From Octopus sinensis (lineage: Eukaryota), in contig NC_043013.1 in NCBI RefSeq assembly GCF_006345805.1, forward strand, positions 41,478,001 to 41,542,000: DNA of 64,000 nucleotides, written 5' to 3'. Shown here piece after piece: positions 51,307 through 64,000 of the stretch (positions within the stretch are counted from its first letter, which is position 1; every line of letters begins with the position of its first letter). Under the pieces are notes generated by a model. It made no database searches. It was not told the DNA's origin and saw only the letters and a list, made by a program, of their open reading frames with translations. The position numbers and the translations under genes were made by a program.

Positions 51307-52103
51307 TATACACACACACACACACACATATATACGCATATCTATATACATATATGTACATGTGTGTGTGTGTGTGTCTCTGTGTGTGTGTGTTTGTGTG
51401 TGTGTGTGCGTGTGTGTGTACGTGTGCACGTGTTATTCTTAGTCGTTAGCTTGTTTTTTTATATGTAATCTTTCTGTTATGCTCGTGTGAAACCTTCATG
51501 ATTTTTGTTGATTTGTCATTAAAAAGTCCTCCACCTTCTGCGCCCTAGGCAATAACAGAAAGCATTATTATTGTTGTTGTTGCCACTGCTCCTTGTTGCT
51601 GTCCATGTTGTTGTTTTCGCTACTGTTACATCACTGCCTTTACTTTATTCTCTCTCTCTTACAAAATATTTTCACACAAAAGACGAGAAAAAAATAAAAA
51701 TGACGGAGCAAAGCAGACGATCAACTTTCCTAAGATTTCCTACATCTTCGACAAACTTAGTAACAATTTATTGTCTACCACATAACTTCTGCACCGATAT
51801 CCCATAAATTATCACATGAAGATTTGGAGACAATGCAACAACGGTGTAGCATGCCAGGATGGAAGTAGGTTTAATGACATTGCGAAGCCATAACTATTTT
51901 CGCTTCCTTTACAATGGAGAAAAATTTCTAATCAATTTACGGACTAAACAAGTCTCGGTCTTGTTATTGAAAAGAAATTGACCAATCATATGAGAGTATA
52001 TATTTGTTTATTTTTTATTTATGAAGAATGAAGGACCCATTTTCTCATCTGTCTGTCTAAATGGTTTTACCTTATTTTTCCATTTCAGTCACACTCAGTC
52101 TCG

Positions 52104-52174
<71 letters not shown>

Positions 52175-52191
52175 CCTACCTACCTACCTAC

Positions 52192-52276
<85 letters not shown>

Positions 52277-52474
52277 CTTCTAACAGGTTTATCTCTTTCT
52301 CTTTCATTCTTTCTCTCACCTTCTCTCCCTCTTCATATACATATATGTGTGTGTGTGTGTGAGTATACAATATATACATATATATACACGTATATGGATA
52401 TGTATACATATGTGTGTATACATGTATATAGATATATATTTATATATATTATACATACACACACATACACACGT

Positions 52475-52508
<34 letters not shown>

Positions 52509-53322
52509 GTTTATATATTATATAGATAGATAGATAGATAGATATAAAACTGTTTATCTGCGTATTTGTCTTTCTGTCTGTCTATCTATCTGTCTGTCTA
52601 TCTATCTATTTATCTACCTACCTATCTACCAACCTACCTACCTACCTACCTACCTACCTACCTACCTACCTACCTACCTACCTACCTACCTACCTACCTA
52701 CCTGCCTGCCTATCTATCATTATCTTATCTATTTCAACCTCTATCTCCTATTTACTTGCATATTTTTCTAATATTTTTCTTTTACTGGTTTTCAATCATT
52801 GGATTGCTGCCAACAGGGAGCATGGATGGCTTTGAAGTATTCTATTTAATTATATTGATCCCAGTACTTTGTCTAATAGTTGCTTTTTCTTAACTATCGC
52901 AAAGAAGAACATTTTTAACAGGACGCTGTGATAAGGGGGAGATAATTTAATCAGACATTAATGACTTGCTACTCGGAGGCGCCACACACACGCACACACA
53001 CACATACACACATACACACATACACACACATACATACATACACGCACACACACAGTTGCATCTCTTAGGTTGCCTCTTGGCATTTTCCGATTTTTCTGTG
53101 GGCTTACAATACACCCAAACGCACAAACACAAGGAGCGTTATTGTTCGTTGTGCGAATTCATTTGAGTTTGAGACAGACAGACAGACAAACATATACACA
53201 GAGAGACAGAGAGGGGAATGCGAAGTCAATATCGTGTGAATTGCTCTAGGCTTTTTATACTGCTTGTTTTTCCGCGCATGTCAATATATAAAATAGGCAT
53301 GAAGGCGCCGACCTGGCAGAAT

Positions 53323-53520
53323 CGTTAGCACGCAGGACGAAATGCTTAGCAGCGTCTCGATTGTCTTTACATTGTGAGTTCAAATTCTGCCGAGGTCGGC
53401 TTTGCTTTTCATCCTTCCGGGGTCGATAAAATAAGTACCATTCAAGCAGAAGTCTCGATGTAATCGACTTATCCCTTCCCGTTAAGTTACTGGCCTTGTG
53501 CCAAAATTCGAAATCAATAT
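53323..53520 (+). mobile_element. SINE family B
   Basis: AGGCGCCGACCTGGCAGAATCG head, core, GGCCTTGTGCCAAAATTCGAAA tail. Confidence 0.85.
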
Positions 53521-53982
53521 ACAGAAAAGAGGATACGCGCGTTTAACAAGACAAATGTGCCTTCAGTTCTCTCATTGTATGCACTATAAAACATCTATGC
53601 GTGAGTGTGTGTAGCATTAATTCCATAATGTAGCATGAAGCAGCTTTGAATAAATATGACCTTACCTGAATATTTTTGTGTTGGACATTGCTTCGTACGG
53701 CAGCATTTATTTAATTCTAACTTGACCAATCATTAAGTACTCAAGCAAATATTTCGTCCATAATTTTTTTTCTTTTTTTCCCTTAGTAAAGAATAATTTT
53801 GTTTTTATTCGAAGACTACAAATCCAATCCATCACAGGAACTGTAAAACTCTGTAAAACTTTCTAGAAGTTTAACATTTAGATATATATGAACATGTCTA
53901 GATATGCAACTAGAGAAATGAGAATACATATATAAAACAAAACATACAAATCTGCACACATACATACATACATACATACATA

Positions 53983-54089
53983 CAAAAATACCCTGTTGTT
54001 GATGTTAACACCACATTGAATTGGATCTAGGTTAGAAACCGGCTCCTTCGGTATTAGCAAGAAATCGTGAAAGAAAACTGAATAATGAC
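53983..54089 (-). mobile_element. ~100-bp (TACA)n-embedded element, copy 2
   Basis: Homologous to 21898-22000. Confidence 0.75.
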
Positions 54090-54146
54090 ATACATACATA
54101 TAAACACACACATACATACAAACAAACAAACATACATAAACTTTTC

Positions 54147-54353
54147 TACGATAGGCACAAGGTCTGAAATTTCGGAGGAGGGGACCAGTCGATTATATCG
54201 ACCCCAGTGTTTCACTAGTACTTACCCTATCGACCTCGAAGGGGTGAAAAGCAAAGTTGACCTCGGCGGAATTTGAACTCAGAACGTAGAGACGGGCGAA
54301 GTACCGCTAAGCATTTCGTCCAGCGTGCTAACGATTCAGCCAGCACGCCGCCT
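54147..54353 (-). mobile_element. SINE family B
   Basis: Core and head on the minus strand. Confidence 0.9.
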
Positions 54354-55571
54354 TTACATACATACGTAGTGATGGTTAAAACAAGATGCTTTACTTTCAA
54401 ACCTTGCTACCATGTACTGTGGTCGGTGAAAATATATTCTAAATTAAAAAGCGGAAAAGAACATACACACATGTATACATAATTACATACGCACATACGT
54501 ATGTAAGAATGCTTATATGTGTATATTTATATACATATACATACATATGCATATACACACATACTTATATGTAAATATTTATATATTTATATTTATATTA
54601 TATTTATATTATATTTATATGTTATTTAGGCACACATATACACGAGCTATTAAACAAATCTTTATAGTTAAAGCACATTTGCTACAAATAAAATAACTTT
54701 TAAATATTTTTATATATAAAAATATTCCATCTTTTTCTTTCTTAATCGGGTTTAAGTTTTATTATTATGAACAACAACAGTTAAGTGTAGTGGAATAAAG
54801 AGGACTTAGCTTCCAGCACTCTTTCACCTTAACATTGTATCACCACCACCACCACGTCCACCACCACCACCGCCATTACCAAATTGGCCACCACTGCCAC
54901 ACCACGCAGCGCTACCGCTACGAAAAACACCACCACCATCCTTCTCTTCCTCCTCCTCTTACTCCTGCTCCTACTCCTCCTCCACATCATCATTGTCATA
55001 ATCAGCAGCAGCATCGTCATCATCATCGTCTGTCGTCATCGTCGTCGTCGTCGTTGTCACGCTGCCATAAATAAGAAACAAAATACCCTGTCATAGATAA
55101 AATCTTGATTGGTTGAGCCTGGTAACACTCTCTTTGTCATTCTCTCTCTTTTTCTCCTTCTCTCTTTCTCTCTCCTCCTTCTCTCTCTCTCTTTCTCTCA
55201 CTATATATATCTATCTCTTTCTCTGTCTCTATTTCTTTCTTTCTCCCTCACGAACACGTTCTATTTTTACTCTAAGCCGTAATTATATTTAAGTGACTGC
55301 CCAAAAAGAATTAAAAAACCTTTTGCTCTCTGGAATTTGAAATACAATAAATGCGAAGTGCACAGTCTTCGGGAACAGAACAGTTTAAGTAATTAGTAAT
55401 ACATGAATGAACTCCAGTGATTTCTTCATTTCTAAGGCATAAGATATCCATCTAAAATCATCAATAACAGAAAGTTTAAGTTTCGCGACATGCAACAGCC
55501 AGGCGCTGATGTTAAATAGTGTGCTGTGTGAAGTCTACGCACTGAGGACAATTACCAACAGCAACGACGAG

Positions 55572-55770
55572 TGGAGGCGCAATGGCCCAGTGGTTAGGGC
55601 AGCCGACTCGCGGTTGTAAGAACGCGGTTTCGATTCCCAGACCGGGTATTGTGAGTGTTTATTGAGCAAAAACACCTTAACTCCACGAGGCTCCGGCGGG
55701 GGGGGATGCTGGTGAACCCCGCTGTACTCTTTCACCACAACTTTCTCTCACTCGTTCTTCCTACTTCTGC
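55572..55770 (+). mobile_element. SINE family A, 3'-truncated
   Basis: GTGGAGGCGCAATGGCCCAGTGG...GGTTTCGATTCCC...CTGTACTCTTTCACCACAAC, matching 15716-16098. Confidence 0.9.
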
Positions 55771-58258
55771 CACAAAGCAGAGGAACCATGGTGTAACCCA
55801 CTATGGTGTGGTAAAACTTTGAGACCCCAGTCTAGATTGCGAATCCTTTGTACCCCAGGATGGTTCAACTCTCCACCCGTTAAAATCCACCGTTTACGGA
55901 ATGAGGATAACAACGTAGCTTTCGCGCCCGTGCAACCGCCATTCTATCGCGTTTGGTGGGTGGATCTTCAAGATGCCAAACGCATTCTTAGTAGCTTAGA
56001 GTAGGCTCGAATTAGAGATTATTCTTTGTGGCAAATGGCGTGAGTCCTGATTGGAAGAAGAAGAACAACAACAACGACGAAGACAACAGCAATAACAAGT
56101 TATTTGGCATAGTTACGTATATGAAAGGAATTTTGCTATCACATAGTCGAAATGCATTTTATGTCTACGAATATCTCTCTGTGTCGTTTATTATTTTTTT
56201 TGTTACCTTCCTTGCTTAATTCTTCTCATAATTCGTTCTTTTAACTTTTCGCTCTACAGACCTCGTCTTTTCTGTTATTGCCCTTTATTTTTTTCTCATC
56301 ATATTCGTCTGCTCATTTATACCCCAGCATCTAATGTTGCTAATATCGTCAAACTGAACAATATTATCGGAGGGTGTTGAAACTGTAATGATATTTGGTC
56401 GATGGTGGATACAGGATTGAGCATGTCTGGGTTCGTTGATTGCGTGTTGTTTTTTTTTCATGTTTTTCTGTATGTTCCTTCATCGTGCCTCTCTACCACG
56501 TTTTTGTAATTATTTAATAATAGCAAGGTAGTTATTAACGTCAAGGTTGGCGTTAATAACAGCAAAATATGGTAAATGCAAGAAAGTATATGGTAAGTAG
56601 ACGGAGAACCTATACTGTGTGGCGCTGAATTAAACTTATTTTGTAAACAAGAAAGAAATAATCAAAACCTGCTCCTCTAAATGAATAACAAGAAAAACCA
56701 CCCTTACGAGGTCAAGTGAGCCGCTAAAAATAGTTGTTAAATTTCCCTCAAATTTCTTCTCCCTTCTGTTGTCCTAGATGATGATGATGAGGATGATGAT
56801 GACGACCACCACCACGACGACAAAGATCACAACGTCAATAATGAGGGGAGGATGAGGACCAAGACGATGACAACGATAGGTAAGATGATGATGATGATGA
56901 TAAATTTTCTAATTGGTTTGGACGTAAAAGTGTTCAGGTTTGCGATCAACTCGCTGATTTATTCATTGTTTTAGCGTCGGAAATTGCCGAGTATTCCAGA
57001 GATATGTGTGTTATCCGGCAGTCATCCTCCGGTAGAAACAGCGTAGCGAAAGGATATCAAAACAAGATTGTTTAATTACAGGCATCATCCTTTCGACGGG
57101 CTTCCACTCAGTTTCTATCGATAGAAATGCGCACACAAAGCTTGAATTGGCCCAAAGTTAAGATAAATACGTATATCCAAGATACCAAGCTGTCGGATCG
57201 AACTCTCAGCCGCATAGTTGCGAAGCAAGCTTCTTAATCACTTTGCTATGCCTGCGTTCTAGATATATCTCAGGAATCAAAATCACGGCTTTTCATCATA
57301 AATCTTTTTGGTTAAAGCCGTCCTGGGACTAAACAATAAAAATAACAGTAAGAACAACAAAAATATCAGGTGATTTATTCAATAGAGATAACCAGGAATC
57401 GATTACCAATTAACAGTGAGTTTTTTTATTGTACGAAAGCAATAATCATATATATTCTTTGTTTGGCCAATCCAATCTTACCGTTGAATAAATTTGTTTT
57501 ATTTATCAATTGTAAAATAATACAATTTAAAAAAATCTTTGCTTCTAGAACCTTCAGTGAATTGGAAGAATTTCGATACTGTGAAGTTATTTAATAAAGA
57601 ATCAAGAATTTATTTGATCATCGAATTGCGAAAACAAGCAACCAAACGATTTACATTCGTTTCTAAGTTTTGAGACGTAGAAATAAATTCTAGAGATCTG
57701 TGCTACAACATGACATAGTGCAATAGGGTTAAGCGGACATCAGTGTCTAATTAAATATACGGGTTCGCATCATAGCTCATTCGCAGTCTGTGATGGTCTT
57801 CTCGTGTCCGAATGCACTCGAAAGTGTTGAGTATGGCCTTACCCGTATATATTCCATTCAACTTTGTTTCATAGGACATCAGTTATTTAATTCTAGCTTC
57901 ATCAAGCTTGACGAATACCAGCATACTTTCCGTATGCTCTTTTAATAATAATAATAATTTCATTCATGCCGGGCTAATGGAGACAGGATAGGTTTTTGAA
58001 GTTAACAAAGTGAAACGAAATAGAAACGCACGCGTCCTCGAATCTACTTTTATCTTGCACACCCTTTTCTTGTGTCTCTACATGTATCTAAGAGGGTAAT
58101 GTAATTTTCTCCTTTGGTCTATCTCAGCAGTGATAGGCCTTCTCATGTCTGAGTGCACTCCAACGCGTTGAATATGATCCAACGTTACTTCATGTGACAT
58201 CACATACATACATACATACATACATACATACATACATACATACATACATACAAACGTG

Positions 58259-58295
<37 letters not shown>

Positions 58296-58789
58296 TGTGT
58301 GTATGAGTGTGTGCACTCTTGCCTTCTTACTCACATTTTTCTTTTCTTTACTTCTTTCCTTTTCTCTCTTTAATCATTACTGTATTCTTATCCTTTGAAG
58401 CTACTCAAGATATACCCAACCGAGTATATTTATGAATCTCTATGCAGTGACAATGGTATTTAAATAGTCTTTACCTGTCCCGACCAAACAACTCTCCAAA
58501 TATATATACACTAAGTAACAAGCCCAGCTTCGAAAATTAATCTTATAAAATGATAAGCACTAACTTTATTCTTCTATGACTTATTGTTCTTTATGGGTAT
58601 GTCTGTTTGTGAGTTGCTGTTTCCGAGCTACAGGAATATTGGGATATTCTACTAAATTGTCTAGATGAAATGACCCAAGCTTCCACGTCTTAATTTAGTC
58701 ATTCCGTCACGATGAAGTCACTATGGGTTGTTGTTAATATGAATTAATATTACATAATCAATGCTTACGGCCACATTCCGGCGTAGCTA

Positions 58790-59140
58790 GACGCCAGGTG
58801 TGATAGTGTAGTAAGAAGCTTGTTTTTCAACCACATAGTTCCGGGTTCAATCCTATTGCATGCAAAATTGGGCAAATGTCTTCTTCTATAGTCTCGGACC
58901 GAATAAAGCCTTGTGAGTGGATATGGTAGACGGAAACCGAAAGAAGCCCGTCGTATATATATTCTTTTATTCGTTTCAGTCATTTGACTACAGCCATGCT
59001 GGAGCGCAGCCTTTAGTCAAACAGGACCTGCTCTTTGTAAGCCTAGTACGTATGCTATCGGTCTCTTTCGCCGAACCGGTAAGTTACGGGGACGTAAACA
59101 CACCAACATCAGTTATCAAGCGATGGTGGGGGGGACAAAC
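58790..59140. mobile_element. SINE C 5' half (+) joined to SINE C 3' half (-)
   Basis: Head orientation + to 58962, then tail in - orientation. Confidence 0.75.
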
Positions 59141-59424
59141 ACAGACACATGAACGGTTGCATACATACATATATATATAATATATATATGTGAAGTCATA
59201 TTTTGTAGCGAAAAGAAATAACGGTCTTTTGACTGCTATTTCTAAATTTTTCGGTATGTGGTTAAGCAACTTGTTGCTAAACCCTTAATTATTGTTATAA
59301 TTATATATAAAACTTCTTGTATAAGTTTTTACCGAATATGGTTCCTTTTCATACCGAAACTACTTGGTGAAATTTATTGATTATAAATTAATAATTTTTT
59401 ACCCTATATCTATAATTATATAGG

Positions 59425-59582
59425 CTCATTTCATTTCCCGTCTACCAAATCCACACACAAGGCTTTGGTCAGCCCAAAGCTATAGCAGAGGATACTTGCC
59501 CAAGGTGTCACACAGTGGGACTGGACCCGGAGCCATGTGGTTGGTAAGCAAGCTACTTACCACACAGTCTATCCTGCACCTA
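59425..59582 (-). mobile_element. SINE family C, 5' half
   Basis: CCGTCTACCAAATCCACACACAAGGC...CTTACCACACAG. Confidence 0.85.
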
Positions 59583-59826
59583 GACGCAGGCGTGACAGTG
59601 TGGTATATATATCTATGTATATATTTAGTAATTATGGGTCCAGTAATGATTTGCCTCACAATACACCGAATTTAGAAATAGCAGTCAAAAAGTTTTGGCT
59701 ATTCTTTCTACTTAAAAGGGGGATCCCAGTAAAACCAAAGCACTTAAAAAACAAACGACGCAGGTAAAAGAGAAAGAAATGACGAAAATCATTCTATATT
59801 AAGTTACCTACGGACGCACCTTTCGG

Positions 59827-60130
59827 AATTAAGTCATTGTAGAGCATAAAAAATAAATAATTAAAAAACTGTAGCATCTTATTTTAGCAACACGCTGGTG
59901 GACAGGGGAAGGTAACTTACTTTCATTCACCCTTTGAATTTGGCGGTACTGGCAGGATTTACGTTCTCTCTGAGACCATGAGTTGAGGTGATGTCTTCTA
60001 GTGCCTTCAAATTTAATACACTATTATTAATAATTAAGACGCAATTATTTATAATTGAAGAATCCTACGCTGAGGAGGAAAATAGGTAAGGCATAATTAT
60101 TTATTTTTTATGCTCTACAATGACTTAATT
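59827..60130. repeat. Perfect 37-bp inverted repeat pair (MITE-like, ~300 bp)
   Basis: AATTAAGTCATTGTAGAGCATAAAAAATAAATAATTA at 59827-59863 and its exact reverse complement at 60094-60130. Confidence 0.8.
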
Positions 60131-60522
60131 TCAACTACATGGTTCCGGGTTCAGTCCCAGTGCCTTGCACCTTGGGCAAGTGTCTTCTACTATAGCCTCG
60201 GGGCGACCAAAGCCTTGTGAGTTGATTTGAGTGACGAAAACTGAAAGAAGCCCGTCGTATATATCTATATATTGTATATATATTGTATATATATATATAT
60301 GCGTGTGTGTATGTGTGTTTGTGTATGTGTGTATGATTATGTCTGTGTTTGTCCCCCCAACATCACTTCACAGCCGATGCTGGTGTGTTTACGTCCCGTA
60401 ACTTAGCGGTTCGGCATGAGAGACCGATAGAATGAGGACTAGGCTTACAAAGAATAAGGCTTGGGGTCGGTTTGTTCGACTAAAGGCGGTGCTCCATCAT
60501 GGCCACAATCAAATGACTGAAT
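60131..60522 (+). mobile_element. SINE family C, 5'-truncated
   Basis: ACATGGTTCCGGGTTCAGTCCC to CAAATGACTGAA. Confidence 0.85.
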
Positions 60523-61246
60523 ATTAAAGGAGATATCTGAAGAGTAAAAAAGACATGCGTATATATAGATATATATATGTATATATAGTAATATATATTT
60601 AGATAGATAAATATATATACATATACACACACAATAGACATACATACATGCCTACATACATGCATTCATACATACATACATGCATACATACATACATACA
60701 TACATACATACATACATACATACATACATACATACATACATACATACATACACACACATAAATGTATATGCACACATCCGCGCACATTCGCACCCATCAT
60801 ACATCTGACAAATACGGTTACAAGTAGAACAAAAGTAGAAAGAAGACTTTTATGTAAATACTGTCATTTACATTAAATAAAAACATAATCATTTCGTAGA
60901 TCGAAATGAAATGTTTAAAAATGTGTTCCTTCTACCACGACATAGGCTGCAATCTCTTACAATCTTTTAAGTACCGATTCGCAAGCTTTGAATCATAAAT
61001 CAGCTGTCACGTGTTGTAAAACAGACACAAAAATAGAAAGGAAGATGACACAGTAGAGCTGGAACGTTTCTGGTATTATGTCTATCCAAAATGGCTGAAC
61101 TGAGACTAAACGACATCAGCACTTAACCTGCTGGAGAAATATGATCGAATGTCCGAATATATTATGAATGAGAGTTCATGTCTGAAGTCGAGTGTTAATT
61201 TCGTTTTTATAGAAGTGAAAGTTATGGAGAAGCTAACGTCTAAGTT

Positions 61247-61291
<45 letters not shown>

Positions 61292-61677
61292 GTGTGTGTG
61301 TGTGTGTGACTGTGTGTGTGCGTGTGTGTGTGTATGTGAATGTGTGTGTGTGTGTATGTGTGTGTGTGTGTGCGTGTGTATGTATGTGTATGTGTGTTGT
61401 AAAGTTTAAGAGGTTAAAAGGTTTCACATGAGCAAATTTATATTAAAACACAAGGAAAATTCTTTCGAGAAATTTGTCCTGAACGAAAGAAAGTATTTAT
61501 ATGTTCACAAAAATATGCTATCGGTTTCATTCAATTCATACAATTTAGTCATGCTATCGTAGAAGGGAAATGAAACTGAAGTAAATTAAATAAAATTAAT
61601 CTTGTATGATATCACTTCTGGAAATTGACGTTTTTATACAGGTAGACAGATATTCATTTATGATTGTATCTATGTTT

Positions 61678-61711
<34 letters not shown>

Positions 61712-61811
61712 NNNNNNNNNNNNNNNNNNNNNNNNNNNNNNNNNNNNNNNNNNNNNNNNNNNNNNNNNNNNNNNNNNNNNNNNNNNNNNNNNNNNNNNNN
61801 NNNNNNNNNNN
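61712..61811. other. Assembly gap (100 N) between (CA)n and (TA)n
   Basis: Run of N. Confidence 1.
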
Positions 61812-62349
61812 ATATATATATATATATTTATATATATATTTATAATATATATATATATATACAAGGGTGTGTGTGTGTGTATGTATATGTAAAAAAATAC
61901 AAACTGGGACATGAACGCAAAACATTTAGAAGACGATACAAAAAACACAGACGGGACATTCGAAGCCTTCAATCTTCAGTCAAGAACCGGATTATCCTCG
62001 CAATTTCGGCTGATAAATCTTGAGATTGCGCCGACCTGGCCAGCCCCAAAGGAAAATCTAAGCCAAGTGCATTAGATTCCTTGGAAGAAAGCCTCGAATT
62101 TATACAAAACAAGGACGGGAAAACGGACGATGTTACACGAATAAGAATACAAAAATACGTAAAAACAATAATGATAACACGAATAAGAATACGAAAATAC
62201 GTAAAAACAATAATGATAATAATAACAAAACAGGACGTCACAGACAGGCGTCTTTTCGACAGGACGGGTGAACTTCGAGCTGGCGCATTAGAAAAATGCC
62301 TTGGGGCAAAGAGAGAAAAAAATGTGTCTAGCCTCGACCCTTTTATCTT

Positions 62350-62459
<110 letters not shown>

Positions 62460-62909
62460 CAGATAGAGTATTCCACACAGTTTTTTTTCTTTTCTACATG
62501 TGTATATTTGTCATGCAATTTATACGTTTTCAATAAACTTAGAAATTAGACTCGATGTTCAGAGTAAACAAATGGCTTCCTTACAGATGTTACATCTAGG
62601 TGTGTTGAAAAATGGCTCCAACTATCTATTTCCTAGGTTCGTTTGACACACCTTGTGTGTTGATTAAAAATGTTCACCGTACATTTTTCTAGTCACGTCT
62701 GTGAGTGTTTGCATGTGGTGCATGTGTACGAGTATGTGTGTATATATATATATATGCTGACGTGCGTGTCCCTGTCTCTATTCTTGTACATTTTGATGTT
62801 TCATATCTCTCTACTTGGGTATGTGTCTATATATGATTGTATATATTTGTGTATATATATACCTACCTATATATATGTATATATATATATATGTCTTCCT
62901 GGGGATATG

Positions 62910-62960
<51 letters not shown>

Positions 62961-62979
62961 ATGTGTGTGTAATTATATA

Positions 62980-63985
62980 TTGGTTTGACAAGAAAGTAAT
63001 TTCGTTTTTCGCAAATAGATAGAGTTACGATTCTTTACAATGACTTTCGTCAATTTTATGATTTTTTTTCCTTTTGACATTTAGTAGCTGTAACTTTTAG
63101 CTTACGTTAGAAGCAAATTTCACGTAATTTTGTTAACAGCTGTTAGTTCAGTGTCAATTTTAACATACAGTGCAAAATCAAACATTTTCGCCATATTTTG
63201 CTTTTTTTTATTTACGTAAAGCCAAGAATGTTGCTGAGGCTCACAAAGAGATATGTGAAGCTTATGATGTTGATTGCTTAACAGAACGCACATGTCAGAA
63301 ATGATTTTAAAATTCCGTTCTGGAGATTTTTTCACTCAAAGTTGACCAACATTTTGGTCGACCTACTGAAGTTAATGATGACCGAATCAAAGCCATAATT
63401 GAATCTTATTCCCATATAACTGAGCGAGAGATTGCAGAAACTTTAGTTGTATCACGAAGAACAGTTGAAAATCTTTTAAAATGTCTTGGACTCGTTAAGA
63501 AGCTTGATAATAAGCGTTCCAGATGAATTTTAAGAGATTCACTTAACATAACAAATCAATATTTGCTATATGCATCTCAAGCACAATGAAATCAACCATT
63601 TTTGAAACGAATCATCACTGGCGATGAAAAATGGATTGTCTACAATAACATCAATCGCAAACGATCATGGTCTAAGCGTAATGAACCAGCACGAACCTCA
63701 TCGAAATCTGAATTGTATAAAAAAAAGCCATGCTGTCAATTTAGTGAGTTTTCAAAGGTGTTGTATATTTTGAGCGGCTTCGAAGGAACTAAACGATCAG
63801 TTCAGATGTTTACTGTCAACAACTAATGAAACTGGAGGAAGTGATCAAAGAAAATGGCTAGAATTGACAAATCGGAAAGGAACCGTGCTTCACCATGACA
63901 ACGCTAAAATACACACATCTTTGCTAACTCGCAAAAACTTAGAGGATGTCGTGCAGCTACTGTGTATACTTCGCTCAGAGATTTA
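62980..63985 (+). mobile_element. Mariner (DD34D-class) transposon, 3'-truncated, pseudogenised
   Basis: TA|TTGGTTTGACAAGAAAGTAATTTCG TIR; HFRHILL, EICEAYDVDCLTERTCQK, RPTEVNDDRIKAII, KRIITGDEKWIVYNN and HHDNAK motifs with frameshifts. Confidence 0.9.
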
Positions 63986-64000
63986 TGATATATATATATA

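Noticed and set aside
55960-55990. KNAFGILK on the minus strand resembling a Harbinger transposase motif
   Set aside because: Eight-residue match bounded by stops, with no other Harbinger motifs.

Overview
AT-rich, microsatellite-saturated eukaryotic non-genic (intergenic or intronic) DNA. The SINE families look like those of Octopus (cephalopod), which is recognition from memory and not a database result. I found no convincing host exon, true tRNA/rRNA gene or CRISPR array; almost every ORF in the track is a microsatellite or low-complexity artefact. The window is a mobile-element landscape. It holds a ~5.35 kb Helitron with intact A|TC...CTAG|T ends and a pseudogenised OTU-protease/Zn-finger/Rep/helicase ORF, a second decayed Helitron, several Tc1/mariner relics (DD34D mariner, DD37D maT-type x2, DD37E Tc1-type, a MITE, an inverted dimer of two left ends), a DINE-like Helentron, 3' ends of RLE (R4/Dong-like) and RTE LINEs, and dozens of tRNA-derived SINEs in about five families. 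The most notable hidden signals are RNA-level. There is a complete type I hammerhead ribozyme on the minus strand at 9645-9737 and several minimal or decayed hammerhead-like Penelope-type tails. One of these tails sits inside a 302-bp tRNA-headed element bounded by perfect 37-bp inverted repeats (8472-8773). There is a 100-N gap at 61712-61811.
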